Source: Candidatus Omnitrophota bacterium (GTDB lineage: Bacteria; Omnitrophota; Gorgyraeia; Zapsychrales; Zapsychraceae). From it: a stretch of DNA of 60,374 bases. The translations under genes were made by a program, and so were the position numbers. Positions 1 through 9,593 of this stretch are shown here, one piece after another. Below the pieces are notes generated by a model. The model was not told the origin of the DNA and made no database searches. It saw nothing but the letters and a program-made list of their open reading frames with translations. The stretch is from the NCBI GenBank assembly GCA_023247445.1, contig JAHFGL010000010.1, positions 1 through 60,374 of the forward strand, given 5' to 3'. The number at the start of each line of letters is the position of its first letter. The stretch's first letter is position 1.

Positions 1-3000
1 GCCACTGGTTACAGAAGTACCAATCCCTATATTGCCACCTTCGACAATACTTAAATATCGATTTATGATCCCGGCTGTTCTTGTCCCAAACCACATGTAC
101 CCATCGCCTCCGACGCCATATCCACCCGCAATTAGTCCCGTGCCATGATCTGTATTAACAAATATAACTCTGCCTTCATTACCGGCGACCTTTGTCACAC
201 CATCGATGGCGATCTGCGCGGTCCAATTCGTTGATTCATCGACGTCTTCCGTTATCCATAAACGTGTCGGCGCGCCGGTTGTCCCGATCCCAACGTTACC
301 GCTGGTAACTGTTAACGCTGGACCGGCGCCAGCCTGTGAAATACTAAGCGCTGTTGTTCCTGTTGACGCCGTACCGCTGTTAGTAATTTGGACTAAAGTT
401 CTAGTATTCGTCGTGGTACTCGCTGAGGCAAAGTTTGCAATTTTACCCGTCGTCAGCGCATCGGCATCACCAATATCAAGTGCCGTTCCGGTTGTTAATA
501 CCGTCGGCTGGATATCAACAACATTACTGGTTGTATTTTCTCCATCAATATCTAAAGCAACAATACCGGTAGCCACATCCTGATCTAAACGCAATAAAAA
601 CGCTGAATCTGTTCCAGCGGCGGCTGGATTCTGTAAAATAATTGAATCATCCGCCGTGGTTAAGGCGATTATCGCATCGCTTCCATCCACATCTTGATTG
701 TATACTGACTGTAGCGCAATCGCTCCCGCAGTATTAGCATCCGTCCCGCAAGCTAAGACGCCATTAGCATCTGTATCAATCGTATCGCAACTTGCTAATG
801 TTGTGATTCTCGTCGTCCCTGTGACATGTAAATCTGTGCTTGGAATGGAATTGCCAATACCAACTCGGCCACTGACCGTCAATGCCCCACCCGGTGCCGT
901 ATATCCAATCCCGATGTTGCCATTAGTTGTTAATGCCGGGCCTCCAGAATTTTGCGTAATATTTAATGCCGTGACATTAGTCGTTACAGTCGCAGAATTC
1001 GTAATCTGAACTAGCGTCCTTAAATCTGCGGTGCTTATACTATTCGATGCAAAGTTGGCGATCTTTCCTGTAGTCAATCCGTTTGCATTGCCAATATTTA
1101 ATAATGTCTGTGTTGTATCCGCTGCAAAAGAAATATCTAATCGCGCTGCCGCGCCGGTGGTTCCAATCCCGACGTTATTTGCAAAATAATGTAAGTTTGT
1201 TGTCCCTGGCGCATAAATTCCCCAATTCTTAGTTCCTGCGGTCTGATCATTGATATAAAGTCCATAGGCATTAGTAATTGTACTAGCAGCTCCTTTTATA
1301 GGATTAAGAGCATACAAAGCAACAGCACTATCTACTGTAAAAGCTGTATTTGTCGTTTGTACATATCCAGCTATCGCCGTTACAAAAGTAGCATTTGCAG
1401 GATTAGGATTATCAGCGGTTGGATTTGAAATAATTCCCCAACAGGAATAAGTAGTACTACAATCATCCGCACTATCAAATGTTTGGGAAGCAGCTATCCC
1501 AATAGTATTCAATGCTGCTGCCGCCGCAGATCCAATCGCAAAACCGCCTCCATTTCCTGTAATTGATAAAGCTGGATAAACTGAATCTTGCTTAATCGTA
1601 AGTCCGACTGTTCCCACCGCGGCGGAGTTATCATTTGTAATCTGGACAAGCGTCCTTGTATCAGTTGTTGCACTATTCGACACAAAATTGGCAATTTTTC
1701 CCGTTGTCAATGCATTGGCATCACCAATATCAAATGCTGTGCCCGTTGTTAATGCCGTGGCTTGGGCATCAATGATATTCGCTGTCGTGTTCGCCGCTGC
1801 AATATCTAACGCAATTACTCCAACCGCATCTTGTTTTAATCGAAGCAAAAATGTTGAATCCGTTCCACCAGCAGCGGGATTATTTAAAATCAGGGAATCA
1901 TCGTTAGCAGATAATTGAATGGTTGTATCGCCAGCATTTGCATCATTGTCATACGCATTTTGCAGCGTTGATCCGGTTCCACTATCGCCTTGCAATACCC
2001 AATTATTCGCGGTTTCGCAGGCATAAAGTCTTTGTCCACTGGACGCATCCGTATCCATATAAATTTGTCCAACCGCGCAAGCCGCTGGCAAACTCGTCGA
2101 ACTTGGAAGTTTCAAAGCCGCTGTATTTAAATCAACCAAACCATTCGTAACATTAATGGCCTTGGCATCAGCATCTTGTTGGATGTTGAGCGCGGTCGCT
2201 CCCACCGCTCCACTGTCGTCATTAGTAATTTGTACTAATGTTCGTGTTGCTGTGCTCGCACTCGTTGAACTAAAGATCGCGGCTCCACCGGCTGTGACTG
2301 AATTTGCTGTCACTTCAACCGCCGTTGCTGTCGTTGCTGAACTTGTAATCAACATCGACCGCCCATTTGCTGTTTGCGTTATTGCAACCGCACTGCCTCC
2401 CGCCGCCTGATTAATTCCTAAGCCCACTGTTCCAACAGCAGCAGTACTCGAGTTTGTTATTTGCACTAGTGTTCTAGTATCTGTTGTTGCACTGTTCGAT
2501 ACAAAATTTGCAATTTTACCCGTCGTCAGTGCATTGGCATCACCGATGTCGAGCGCCGTTCCGGTTGTTAAGACCGTCGGCTGAATGTCGACCACATTTG
2601 CCGTTGTGTTCTCGGCATCAATATCAAGTGCGATAACTCCCGCCGTATCTTGATCAAGTCGAAGTAAGAATGTTGAATCTGTTCCCGCTGCCGCTGGGTT
2701 CTGGAAAATGATTGAATCATCCGCCGAGGTTAATGCAATCGTCGCATCCGATCCATCGGCGTCAAAGCCATAGGATCCTTGTAAATTGGCTGAACTAGCT
2801 GTTGCGAGTAATACCCAGCCCGTATTTCCACCATCCGTTGTCTTGATATACAAATTACCGTTGGTGTGATCAACACAGAGGTCACCTTTATTTCCCGTGA
2901 TTTCAGCTTCTGGCGTCGCATTATTAATAAATGTTTGATAGTCACCACCGGTGTTGGCCAATGTCACGACTGCGACCGTATCTGCTCCTCCACTATTAAT

Positions 3001-3348
3001 ATGTAACTTCGTACTCGCCGTTGTCACACCGATGCCAATTGTTCCATCCACAATTAATCCTTCGGCATCAACGCACTCTGCTCCACCTAAATCAATTCGC
3101 ATACATCCCTTCGCATTTACATTTCCATCTGAATCAATATGCAAGACTTCAGCTGGTGATGAATCTTGAACCGCAAACACACTCGATCCATCCGTTGAGT
3201 CAAGCACTGCTTCGATGTTTGTCGCTTCGCTTGTTTGCGGATTAAATAATACAAAGGCACAGAGCATCAGACCTATATATAGAGAAGAGACAAAGCTCCG
3301 CATCCATTGCCAAATATTCATCTTCAATTTTTTATTTTCTATCTTCAT
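1..3348 (-). CDS. Large secreted phage-tail-fibre-like (trimeric adhesin-like) repeat protein, 3'-truncated by the window edge (>1116 aa)
   Basis: Manual translation shows an uninterrupted frame from ATG 3348 (MKIENKKLKMNIWQW...; alternative ATG 3321) to position 1. It has a signal-peptide-like N-terminus (..LMLCAFVLFNPQTSEA|T), repeated G(N/T)(V/I)GIGT motifs and T/A/S/N/G-rich beta repeats. Absent from the ORF track because there is no stop in the window. Confidence 0.85.
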   Translation of the reverse strand, partial: MKIENKKLKMNIWQWMRSFVSSLYIGLMLCAFVLFNPQTSEATNIEAVLDSTDGSSVFAVQDSSPAEVLHIDSDGNVNAKGCMRIDLGGAECVDAEGLIVDGTIGIGVTTASTKLHINSGGADTVAVVTLANTGGDYQTFINNATPEAEITGNKGDLCVDHTNGNLYIKTTDGGNTGWVLLATASSANLQGSYGFDADGSDATIALTSADDSIIFQNPAAAGTDSTFLLRLDQDTAGVIALDIDAENTTANVVDIQPTVLTTGTALDIGDANALTTGKIANFVSNSATTDTRTLVQITNSSTAAVGTVGLGINQAAGGSAVAITQTANGRSMLITSSATTATAVEVTANSVTAGGAAIFSSTSASTATRTLVQITNDDSGAVGATALNIQQDADAKAINVTNGLVDLNTAALKLPSSTSLPAACAVGQIYMDTDASSGQRLYACETANNWVLQGDSGTGSTLQNAYDNDANAGDTTIQLSANDDSLILNNPAAGGTDSTFLLRLKQDAVGVIALDIAAANTTANIIDAQATALTTGTAFDIGDANALTTGKIANFVSNSATTDTRTLVQITNDNSAAVGTVGLTIKQDSVYPALSITGNGGGFAIGSAAAAALNTIGIAASQTFDSADDCSTTYSCWGIISNPTADNPNPANATFVTAIAGYVQTTNTAFTVDSAVALYALNPIKGAASTITNAYGLYINDQTAGTKNWGIYAPGTTNLHYFANNVGIGTTGAAARLDISFAADTTQTLLNIGNANGLTTGKIANFASNSISTADLRTLVQITNSATVTTNVTALNITQNSGGPALTTNGNIGIGYTAPGGALTVSGRVGIGNSIPSTDLHVTGTTRITTLASCDTIDTDANGVLACGTDANTAGAIALQSVYNQDVDGSDAIIALTTADDSIILQNPAAAGTDSAFLLRLDQDVATGIVALDIDGENTTSNVVDIQPTVLTTGTALDIGDADALTTGKIANFASASTTTNTRTLVQITNSGTASTGTTALSISQAGAGPALTVTSGNVGIGTTGAPTRLWITEDVDESTNWTAQIAIDGVTKVAGNEGRVIFVNTDHGTGLIAGGYGVGGDGYMWFGTRTAGIINRYLSIVEGGNIGIGTSVTSG
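379..2784 (-). repeat. Three ~111-aa intragenic repeat modules (2452-2784, 1633-1965, 379-714) plus partial copies near 1000-1100 and 2220-2330
   Basis: Shared LQxxY..D...I.L...DDS.I..NPAA.GTDS.FLLRL.QD..G..ALDI...NTT.N..D.Q.T.LTTGTA.DIGDA.ALTTGKIANF.S.S.TT.TRTLVQITN. Confidence 0.9.
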
Positions 3349-3371
3349 CTATTTTATATTGTTCATCCCCA

Positions 3372-4004
3372 TCATCTCTTTTTAAACTGATCTCTAAACT
3401 CTCGGTCTCCAATAGCCTGACCACGGAAATTAATGACATCTAAATTCTTCAGAAGACCTTTAACAACCAAAGTCTTATATAAAAGTTTTCTCTCTGTATC
3501 ATTCTTTCCTAAATCTTCATAAAGCTTGTGATGGTCAAGCTTCAAAACCCCAACCTTCCCCGAGGCTAATTGATTAAATCCAGACCAGACATAATCTGCT
3601 GGATCTTTAGCTATTTTTTCTTTAACAGGATCTAAATCAATATGGCGAGAACAGGCTAAGAAATATTTTTCTTCTTGAACGACAAAATTTTTATAGCGTC
3701 GTAAGAAAACATGCCCGATTGCTTTGTATTTTTTATTGAAATATTTGGCGTACTTCTTGGAGACAAGCTCCATAAACTTGGAAAGGCTCTCCTCTTCTTG
3801 AGGTTCGAGCAATAAGTGGATGTAATGATCCATCAAGACATAATTGAAGATCTTGACGGAAAACTGCTCTCTGGACTCATTTAAATAAGCTAAATATTGA
3901 TTTCGATCTTGATCGGATAAAAAAAGCGGACGCAGACCTGTGCCACGGCAGATGACATGGTAAATATGCCCTAGTTTCTGATAACGCATAGAGCGCATCA
4001 ACAT
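3372..4004 (-). CDS. RAYT/TnpA(REP)-like Y1 HUH transposase homologue, predicted catalytically inactive
   Basis: The YHVICRG, LF...D...Y, YVLM..xxHLLL, YFNKKY...GHVF..RY and DP.DY.WS motifs match RAYT. However, MxNHxH is MDHYIH and RYIxxNP is RHIDLDP. Confidence 0.8.
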   Translation of the reverse strand: MLMRSMRYQKLGHIYHVICRGTGLRPLFLSDQDRNQYLAYLNESREQFSVKIFNYVLMDHYIHLLLEPQEEESLSKFMELVSKKYAKYFNKKYKAIGHVFLRRYKNFVVQEEKYFLACSRHIDLDPVKEKIAKDPADYVWSGFNQLASGKVGVLKLDHHKLYEDLGKNDTERKLLYKTLVVKGLLKNLDVINFRGQAIGDREFRDQFKKR

Positions 4005-4010
4005 GACCCT

Positions 4011-4039
4011 AGCATATCAACATGCTGTGAATATGTCAA
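4011..4039 (-). promoter_or_regulatory. Sigma70-type promoter of the RAYT-like gene (leaderless or very short leader)
   Basis: TTGACA (4039-4034), 17 nt, TGn-TATGCT (4016-4011); ATG 6 nt downstream with no SD. Confidence 0.7.
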
Positions 4040-4135
4040 TAATTAGCTGCTAAATATTATGTATTTTACAGCACCTTAGTGAATAACAAAATAGAGGAAA
4101 AATAATTTAGGAAATATGTAGAAGGGAGGGCAAAC

Positions 4136-4168
4136 AAAAAAGAGCAAGGATATTATCCTTGCCCTTTT
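4136..4168 (-). terminator. Rho-independent terminator of groESL
   Basis: Minus strand AAAAGGGCAAGGATA-A-TATCCTTGCTCTTTTTT hairpin plus U-tract. Confidence 0.8.
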
Positions 4169-4180
4169 GATCTTATTATC

Positions 4181-4263
4181 GTCATCCTGAGTCCGTAGGA
4201 CGAAGGATCTCAGAATTCTTTAAGTACGTTGAGATTCTTCGCACCTTTGGTGCTCAGAATTAC
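4181..4263. repeat. REP/REPIN-like inverted doublet, family A copy 1
   Basis: GTCATCCTGAGTCCGTAGGACGAAGGATCTC ... GAGATTCTTCGCACCTTTGGTGCTCAGAATTAC; homologous to 5966-6034. Confidence 0.85.
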
Positions 4264-4278
4264 GGAATTTTAAAACTA

Positions 4279-5949
<1,671 letters not shown>

Positions 5950-5965
5950 TTAATAAAACCATTTT

Positions 5966-6034
5966 GTCATCCTGAGCGAAAGCGAAGGATCTCTTTATTC
6001 TTTGAGATTCTTCGGCCTTTGGCCTCAGAATGAC
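5966..6034. repeat. REP/REPIN-like inverted doublet, family A copy 2 (groES-groEL spacer)
   Basis: GTCATCCTGAGCGAAAGCGAAGGATCTC ... GAGATTCTTCGGCCTTTGGCCTCAGAATGAC. Confidence 0.85.
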
Positions 6035-6043
6035 GGAGATTAA

Positions 6044-6334
6044 TTAGCCAACAACTGCAAATACATCTTCTTCTCTCATGATCAAATAATCTTCACCGTC
6101 TTTGGTGCTGATTTCCGTTCCGCTGTATTTTCCATACAAAATGCGATCGCCGGCTTTAATTTCTAACGCAACAATTTTTCCAAGTTCATTCATCTTGCCC
6201 TTACCGACAGCAATAACTTTACCTTCTTGTGGTTTTTCTTTGGCTGTATCTGGAAGGACGATCCCGCCTTTTGTTTTTTCTTCGGCCTCTAAAGGCTTGA
6301 CAAGAATTCTGTCACCTAATGGTTGAATTTTCAC
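6044..6334 (-). CDS. groS: Co-chaperonin GroES
   Basis: [21 protein letters not shown]; GTG start with GGAGG SD. Confidence 0.99.
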   Translation of the reverse strand: MKIQPLGDRILVKPLEAEEKTKGGIVLPDTAKEKPQEGKVIAVGKGKMNELGKIVALEIKAGDRILYGKYSGTEISTKDGEDYLIMREEDVFAVVG

Positions 6335-6385
6335 TACCCACCTCCTGTTTGTTGATTGGTCTTTATATTTATTAAAAAACTTGGC

Positions 6386-6412
6386 TTAGCACTGATTCCA
6401 ATAGAGTGCTAA
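6386..6412. promoter_or_regulatory. CIRCE element (HrcA operator)
   Basis: TTAGCACTG-N9-GAGTGCTAA, one mismatch to TTAGCACTC-N9-GAGTGCTAA, upstream of groES. Confidence 0.9.
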
Positions 6413-6438
6413 TTTAACAAAATTAAAATTTTTGTCAA
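6411..6438 (-). promoter_or_regulatory. groESL sigma70 promoter
   Basis: TTGACA (6438-6433), 16 nt, TGn-TAAATT (6416-6411), overlapping the CIRCE edge. Confidence 0.6.
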
Positions 6439-6513
6439 GGATAAATTTTTTAGTAAAGCTAACTGAAGGTATTATTGAGTTTAGATTCCGGCGAGAATTA
6501 GGCCAAGAAAAAT

Positions 6514-7272
6514 TTACTTTGATGATAGCAGCGCCATGCCCTTAAAGACAAGGTCGCGGTCAATTTTATGGATCTTATGCGCAATAAAACGTTTCATCAA
6601 ATAAAGGTACCCACCAGTAACAATCACTCTTGGACGGCCCTTTAGTTGACGGGAAATACGATCAATCAACCCAACGAGCATTTCACCATAACCGTAGAAA
6701 ATTCCGCTGAGCATACTCGTCACGGTATCTTTGCCGATGAGCTTTCTCGGGGCTTCAATGTTATTAATTTTAGGCAGTAGTGCCGTTTTACGAAACAGCG
6801 ATTCAAACGACAAACGAATTCCGGGAACAATAATCCCTCCTTCATAAGCGCCGCTTTTAGAAACAGCATCAAGCGTGATGGCTGTTCCCAGATCAATGAC
6901 AATGGCTGGCGCGCCATAAAGACATTTGGTCGCGTAGGCGCAGACCAAACGATCTTGGCCCACCTGTTTTGGATTCTTGTAATTATTTTTAATGGGAACA
7001 ATAATGTCTTCGCCAACAAACAAAGGATTGATCTTAAAAATATTTTTAATTTGTCCTCGGACAATATGATTAAGTGGTGGGACGACGCTACAGACAATAA
7101 TATCAGCAATCGCATTATGATTTCGTTTTATTATTTTTAGCGTCTGCAATAGTTTTATTTTAAAGGCGCTAGTGGAAATCGTCTTATCAAAATAATAAAC
7201 CTTTATCACCTTAGAATTTTTAAGAACAGCCAGATGAATGGATGTGTTGCCTAAATCAATTGCCAAAAGCAT
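6514..7272 (-). CDS. coaX: Type III pantothenate kinase
   Basis: MLLAIDLGNT, SVVP, VGQDR, VIDLGTA, GGII.PG; real start at 7272, the upstream ORF-track extension is spurious. Confidence 0.93.
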   Translation of the reverse strand: MLLAIDLGNTSIHLAVLKNSKVIKVYYFDKTISTSAFKIKLLQTLKIIKRNHNAIADIIVCSVVPPLNHIVRGQIKNIFKINPLFVGEDIIVPIKNNYKNPKQVGQDRLVCAYATKCLYGAPAIVIDLGTAITLDAVSKSGAYEGGIIVPGIRLSFESLFRKTALLPKINNIEAPRKLIGKDTVTSMLSGIFYGYGEMLVGLIDRISRQLKGRPRVIVTGGYLYLMKRFIAHKIHKIDRDLVFKGMALLSSK

Positions 7273-7279
7273 TTTATTC

Positions 7280-9034
7280 TTACCAACCACCGCCACCACC
7301 TCCTCCGCCGCCACCACCAGAACTCCCACCGCCACTAAAGCCACCGCCGCCAGAAGTTGATCCGGGAGGCGATGAAGAAGCAGCAATCGTTGTCGCAAAT
7401 GTCCCTGCGAGACTCGAAGCAAAATTAGTCGGTCTTGAGGAACTCCACGATGGCCCATAATACCATCCTGGAGAATAGGGTTGCCCCGCTTCTTCTGCGC
7501 GTTTAAACACCTCAGCAAATTGCTGTGACCATTTCTGCTCGACATCAAGAGCTAGGGCGTAAGGCAAATATTTTTCAAATAACTCCGGCGTTTTTTCCGG
7601 AGGATTGAGCATATTCAATCGATCTTTTTCCGCGACAGATAAATACATTCTAAAACCTTCAATGGAATCCATTAGTTTTCGGCCGGTCATCGTTGGGGCT
7701 TTAAGCAAATAATAAAAAAGGGCATGCACACCAATAGTCAAAATTGAAAGAAGCACAATTGATGAAAATGGAATCTGATTAAATTCCTTTCCGCTTGAAC
7801 CTCCCCAAAAAATAAAAAGACCGGTAAAAACAAGACCCCAGAAAAAATATTCTTTGTTAGTATGAAAATAAATCTTTTCATAACTTTTCTTTAGCGAATC
7901 CTGTAGATCAGTCATGGCGCTACGAATATCTTTATAATTAAGATTATTCAGTTGAATTTGTGAACGATTTGAAAATAACTGACGCGCGGACGCGGCTTCT
8001 TCTTTGGTAAGCATCGACGCATCTTTGGTAAGTTGTTTGAGCGTATACTTTCCACTTATCTCTTCAATCTTGGCATAGCCCTTGACCGCCATGTTTAGAA
8101 TGGCAGCGGTAAAGACTTTATTATCATATCCCATATGTAAAATATAGCGAATGACCGCCGGAGAAAGATTCATTGGTGGAGAATATAATGGAATAATCGT
8201 TCCTTTAGCTGGATCCTTACCCACCAAATCCCAAATGATGACGTAATAAACCAATAAAATAAGCAAACCTAAGAAACAAAGAAATGTTCCCCAATTATCT
8301 TTAATAAAATAGTTGCATCTCTGAAACCATGTCGGCTCATGAATAATTCCTTTTGGCCAAGAAACGACAACGGTTAACCCCTCATTTGAATTAAGCCCCC
8401 GCGTCGTTGTGAAGACTAAGTGATCATTTTGATTCCGTTCAAAAGCAAAATGTTGCTCACGGGACCCCATAAGACCCGTGTACCCACCTGTTTCTAAAAT
8501 ACGTTCCGCCGCTTGCTGTGGCAAATCAATCGTAACAGAAGCTTCATCGATCGGAAAATTCCAACCATTGCCGGTTACGTTCCAATAAAGTTCATCATGA
8601 TCCTTAAAAAATCCCAGTTGACGGTTGGTTTCATATGTAATTGTGTACGTATATTCACCGGAAGGAAGAAAATAATCTTTGTTTCCAATATAAACCCGTT
8701 TGCCATTGGCCCAATCTTTTACAAAATAATTTTCTTTTCGATTGTCTCTTAAAACATCAATCATGCGAAAACCAACCACAACGTGATTTCCCAATCGATC
8801 CAAATAATTTGTCGGGAAATCCCGATAAATCCCTCTTTTAATTTGATTCTCTGCGCTACGCACCTTAATAATTTCGGTAACGGTCATCGACGCGTCTGGA
8901 TGCACACGGACATAACTATGAAAAGAAAGAATTCGTTCATCGGCCGCCGCTAAAGTCGATAAAGCCCCGAACAAACTAATTAGAAGAAATAAAACAAAAC
9001 CTGTCGTCAGCTTATGGTTAAAATATTTTCTCAT
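7280..9034 (-). CDS. DUF2207-family membrane protein
   Basis: [27 protein letters not shown], Gly-rich GGGGGW C-terminus; adjacent to LemA. Confidence 0.88.
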   Translation of the reverse strand: MRKYFNHKLTTGFVLFLLISLFGALSTLAAADERILSFHSYVRVHPDASMTVTEIIKVRSAENQIKRGIYRDFPTNYLDRLGNHVVVGFRMIDVLRDNRKENYFVKDWANGKRVYIGNKDYFLPSGEYTYTITYETNRQLGFFKDHDELYWNVTGNGWNFPIDEASVTIDLPQQAAERILETGGYTGLMGSREQHFAFERNQNDHLVFTTTRGLNSNEGLTVVVSWPKGIIHEPTWFQRCNYFIKDNWGTFLCFLGLLILLVYYVIIWDLVGKDPAKGTIIPLYSPPMNLSPAVIRYILHMGYDNKVFTAAILNMAVKGYAKIEEISGKYTLKQLTKDASMLTKEEAASARQLFSNRSQIQLNNLNYKDIRSAMTDLQDSLKKSYEKIYFHTNKEYFFWGLVFTGLFIFWGGSSGKEFNQIPFSSIVLLSILTIGVHALFYYLLKAPTMTGRKLMDSIEGFRMYLSVAEKDRLNMLNPPEKTPELFEKYLPYALALDVEQKWSQQFAEVFKRAEEAGQPYSPGWYYGPSWSSSRPTNFASSLAGTFATTIAASSSPPGSTSGGGGFSGGGSSGGGGGGGGGGGW

Positions 9035-9035
9035 T

Positions 9036-9593
9036 TTAAGTTCCCTTAATAAATTTAGCATCTGGGACTTGGCGTTCTGTTGCATATTCAATCTCAAAAA
9101 ACTTAGCCGGCTGAAAATTAAACAGTGACGCGATCGTATTCGCCGGAAACGATTGAACCATTACATTATAATTGCGCACAGTGCCATTGTAATAACGTCT
9201 CGCCATCTGCAATTGATCTTCAATTTCCGATAAACTATTTTGCAGAGAAAGAAAACCTTGATTAGCTTTCAAATCTGGATAATTTTCTGCTAACGCAAAA
9301 ATAGTTTTTAGCCCTCGCGAAAGCTGATTCTCCATCGATTCACGCTGAGTATCTGACGGGGCACTCACAAGCTGTGTACGCAACTTGGCAATATCTTCCA
9401 ATGTCTTTTGCTCATGCTGAGCATACCCTTTGACTGTCTCAACGATATTTGGAATCAAATCATATCGACGCTTTAGCTGAACATCAATCCCGCTAAAGGC
9501 TTCTTGCAAAAACATCTTTAGCTGAATCAAACGATTATAAATCATCGCAATCACAACGGCGATTAAAACAACAATTCCTAATGCGATAAACAT
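9036..9593 (-). CDS. lemA: LemA family protein
   Basis: [38 protein letters not shown]. Confidence 0.95.
   Translation of the reverse strand: MFIALGIVVLIAVVIAMIYNRLIQLKMFLQEAFSGIDVQLKRRYDLIPNIVETVKGYAQHEQKTLEDIAKLRTQLVSAPSDTQRESMENQLSRGLKTIFALAENYPDLKANQGFLSLQNSLSEIEDQLQMARRYYNGTVRNYNVMVQSFPANTIASLFNFQPAKFFEIEYATERQVPDAKFIKGT

Noticed and set aside
206-3245. Many short plus-strand ORFs and small minus-strand ORFs suggesting a pseudogene or fragmented region
   Set aside because: They are shadow or alternative-frame ORFs of the single long minus-strand fibre gene.
3372-4004. Active IS200/IS605 insertion sequence
   Set aside because: There is no tnpB and no recognisable paired IS ends; the size and motifs are RAYT-like and the catalytic residues are substituted.
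1-4004. Diversity-generating retroelement or shufflon acting on the fibre gene
   Set aside because: No reverse transcriptase, TR/VR pair with adenine-specific mismatches, or site-specific recombinase was found in the window; the fibre C-terminus lies outside it, so this cannot be fully excluded.
4187-4206. CTGAGTCCGTAGGACGAAGG resembles a hammerhead ribozyme core (CUGAUGAGUCCGUGAGGACGAAA)
   Set aside because: It lacks the complete CUGANGA and GAAA, and has no stems I/III or NUH site. The same position varies in the other three units in the way expected for a REP hairpin.
7242-7548. Poly-proline plus-strand ORF and the 91-aa N-terminal extension of coaX
   Set aside because: Both are artefacts of the Gly-rich C-terminal coding sequence of the DUF2207 gene; coaX starts at MLLAID (7272).
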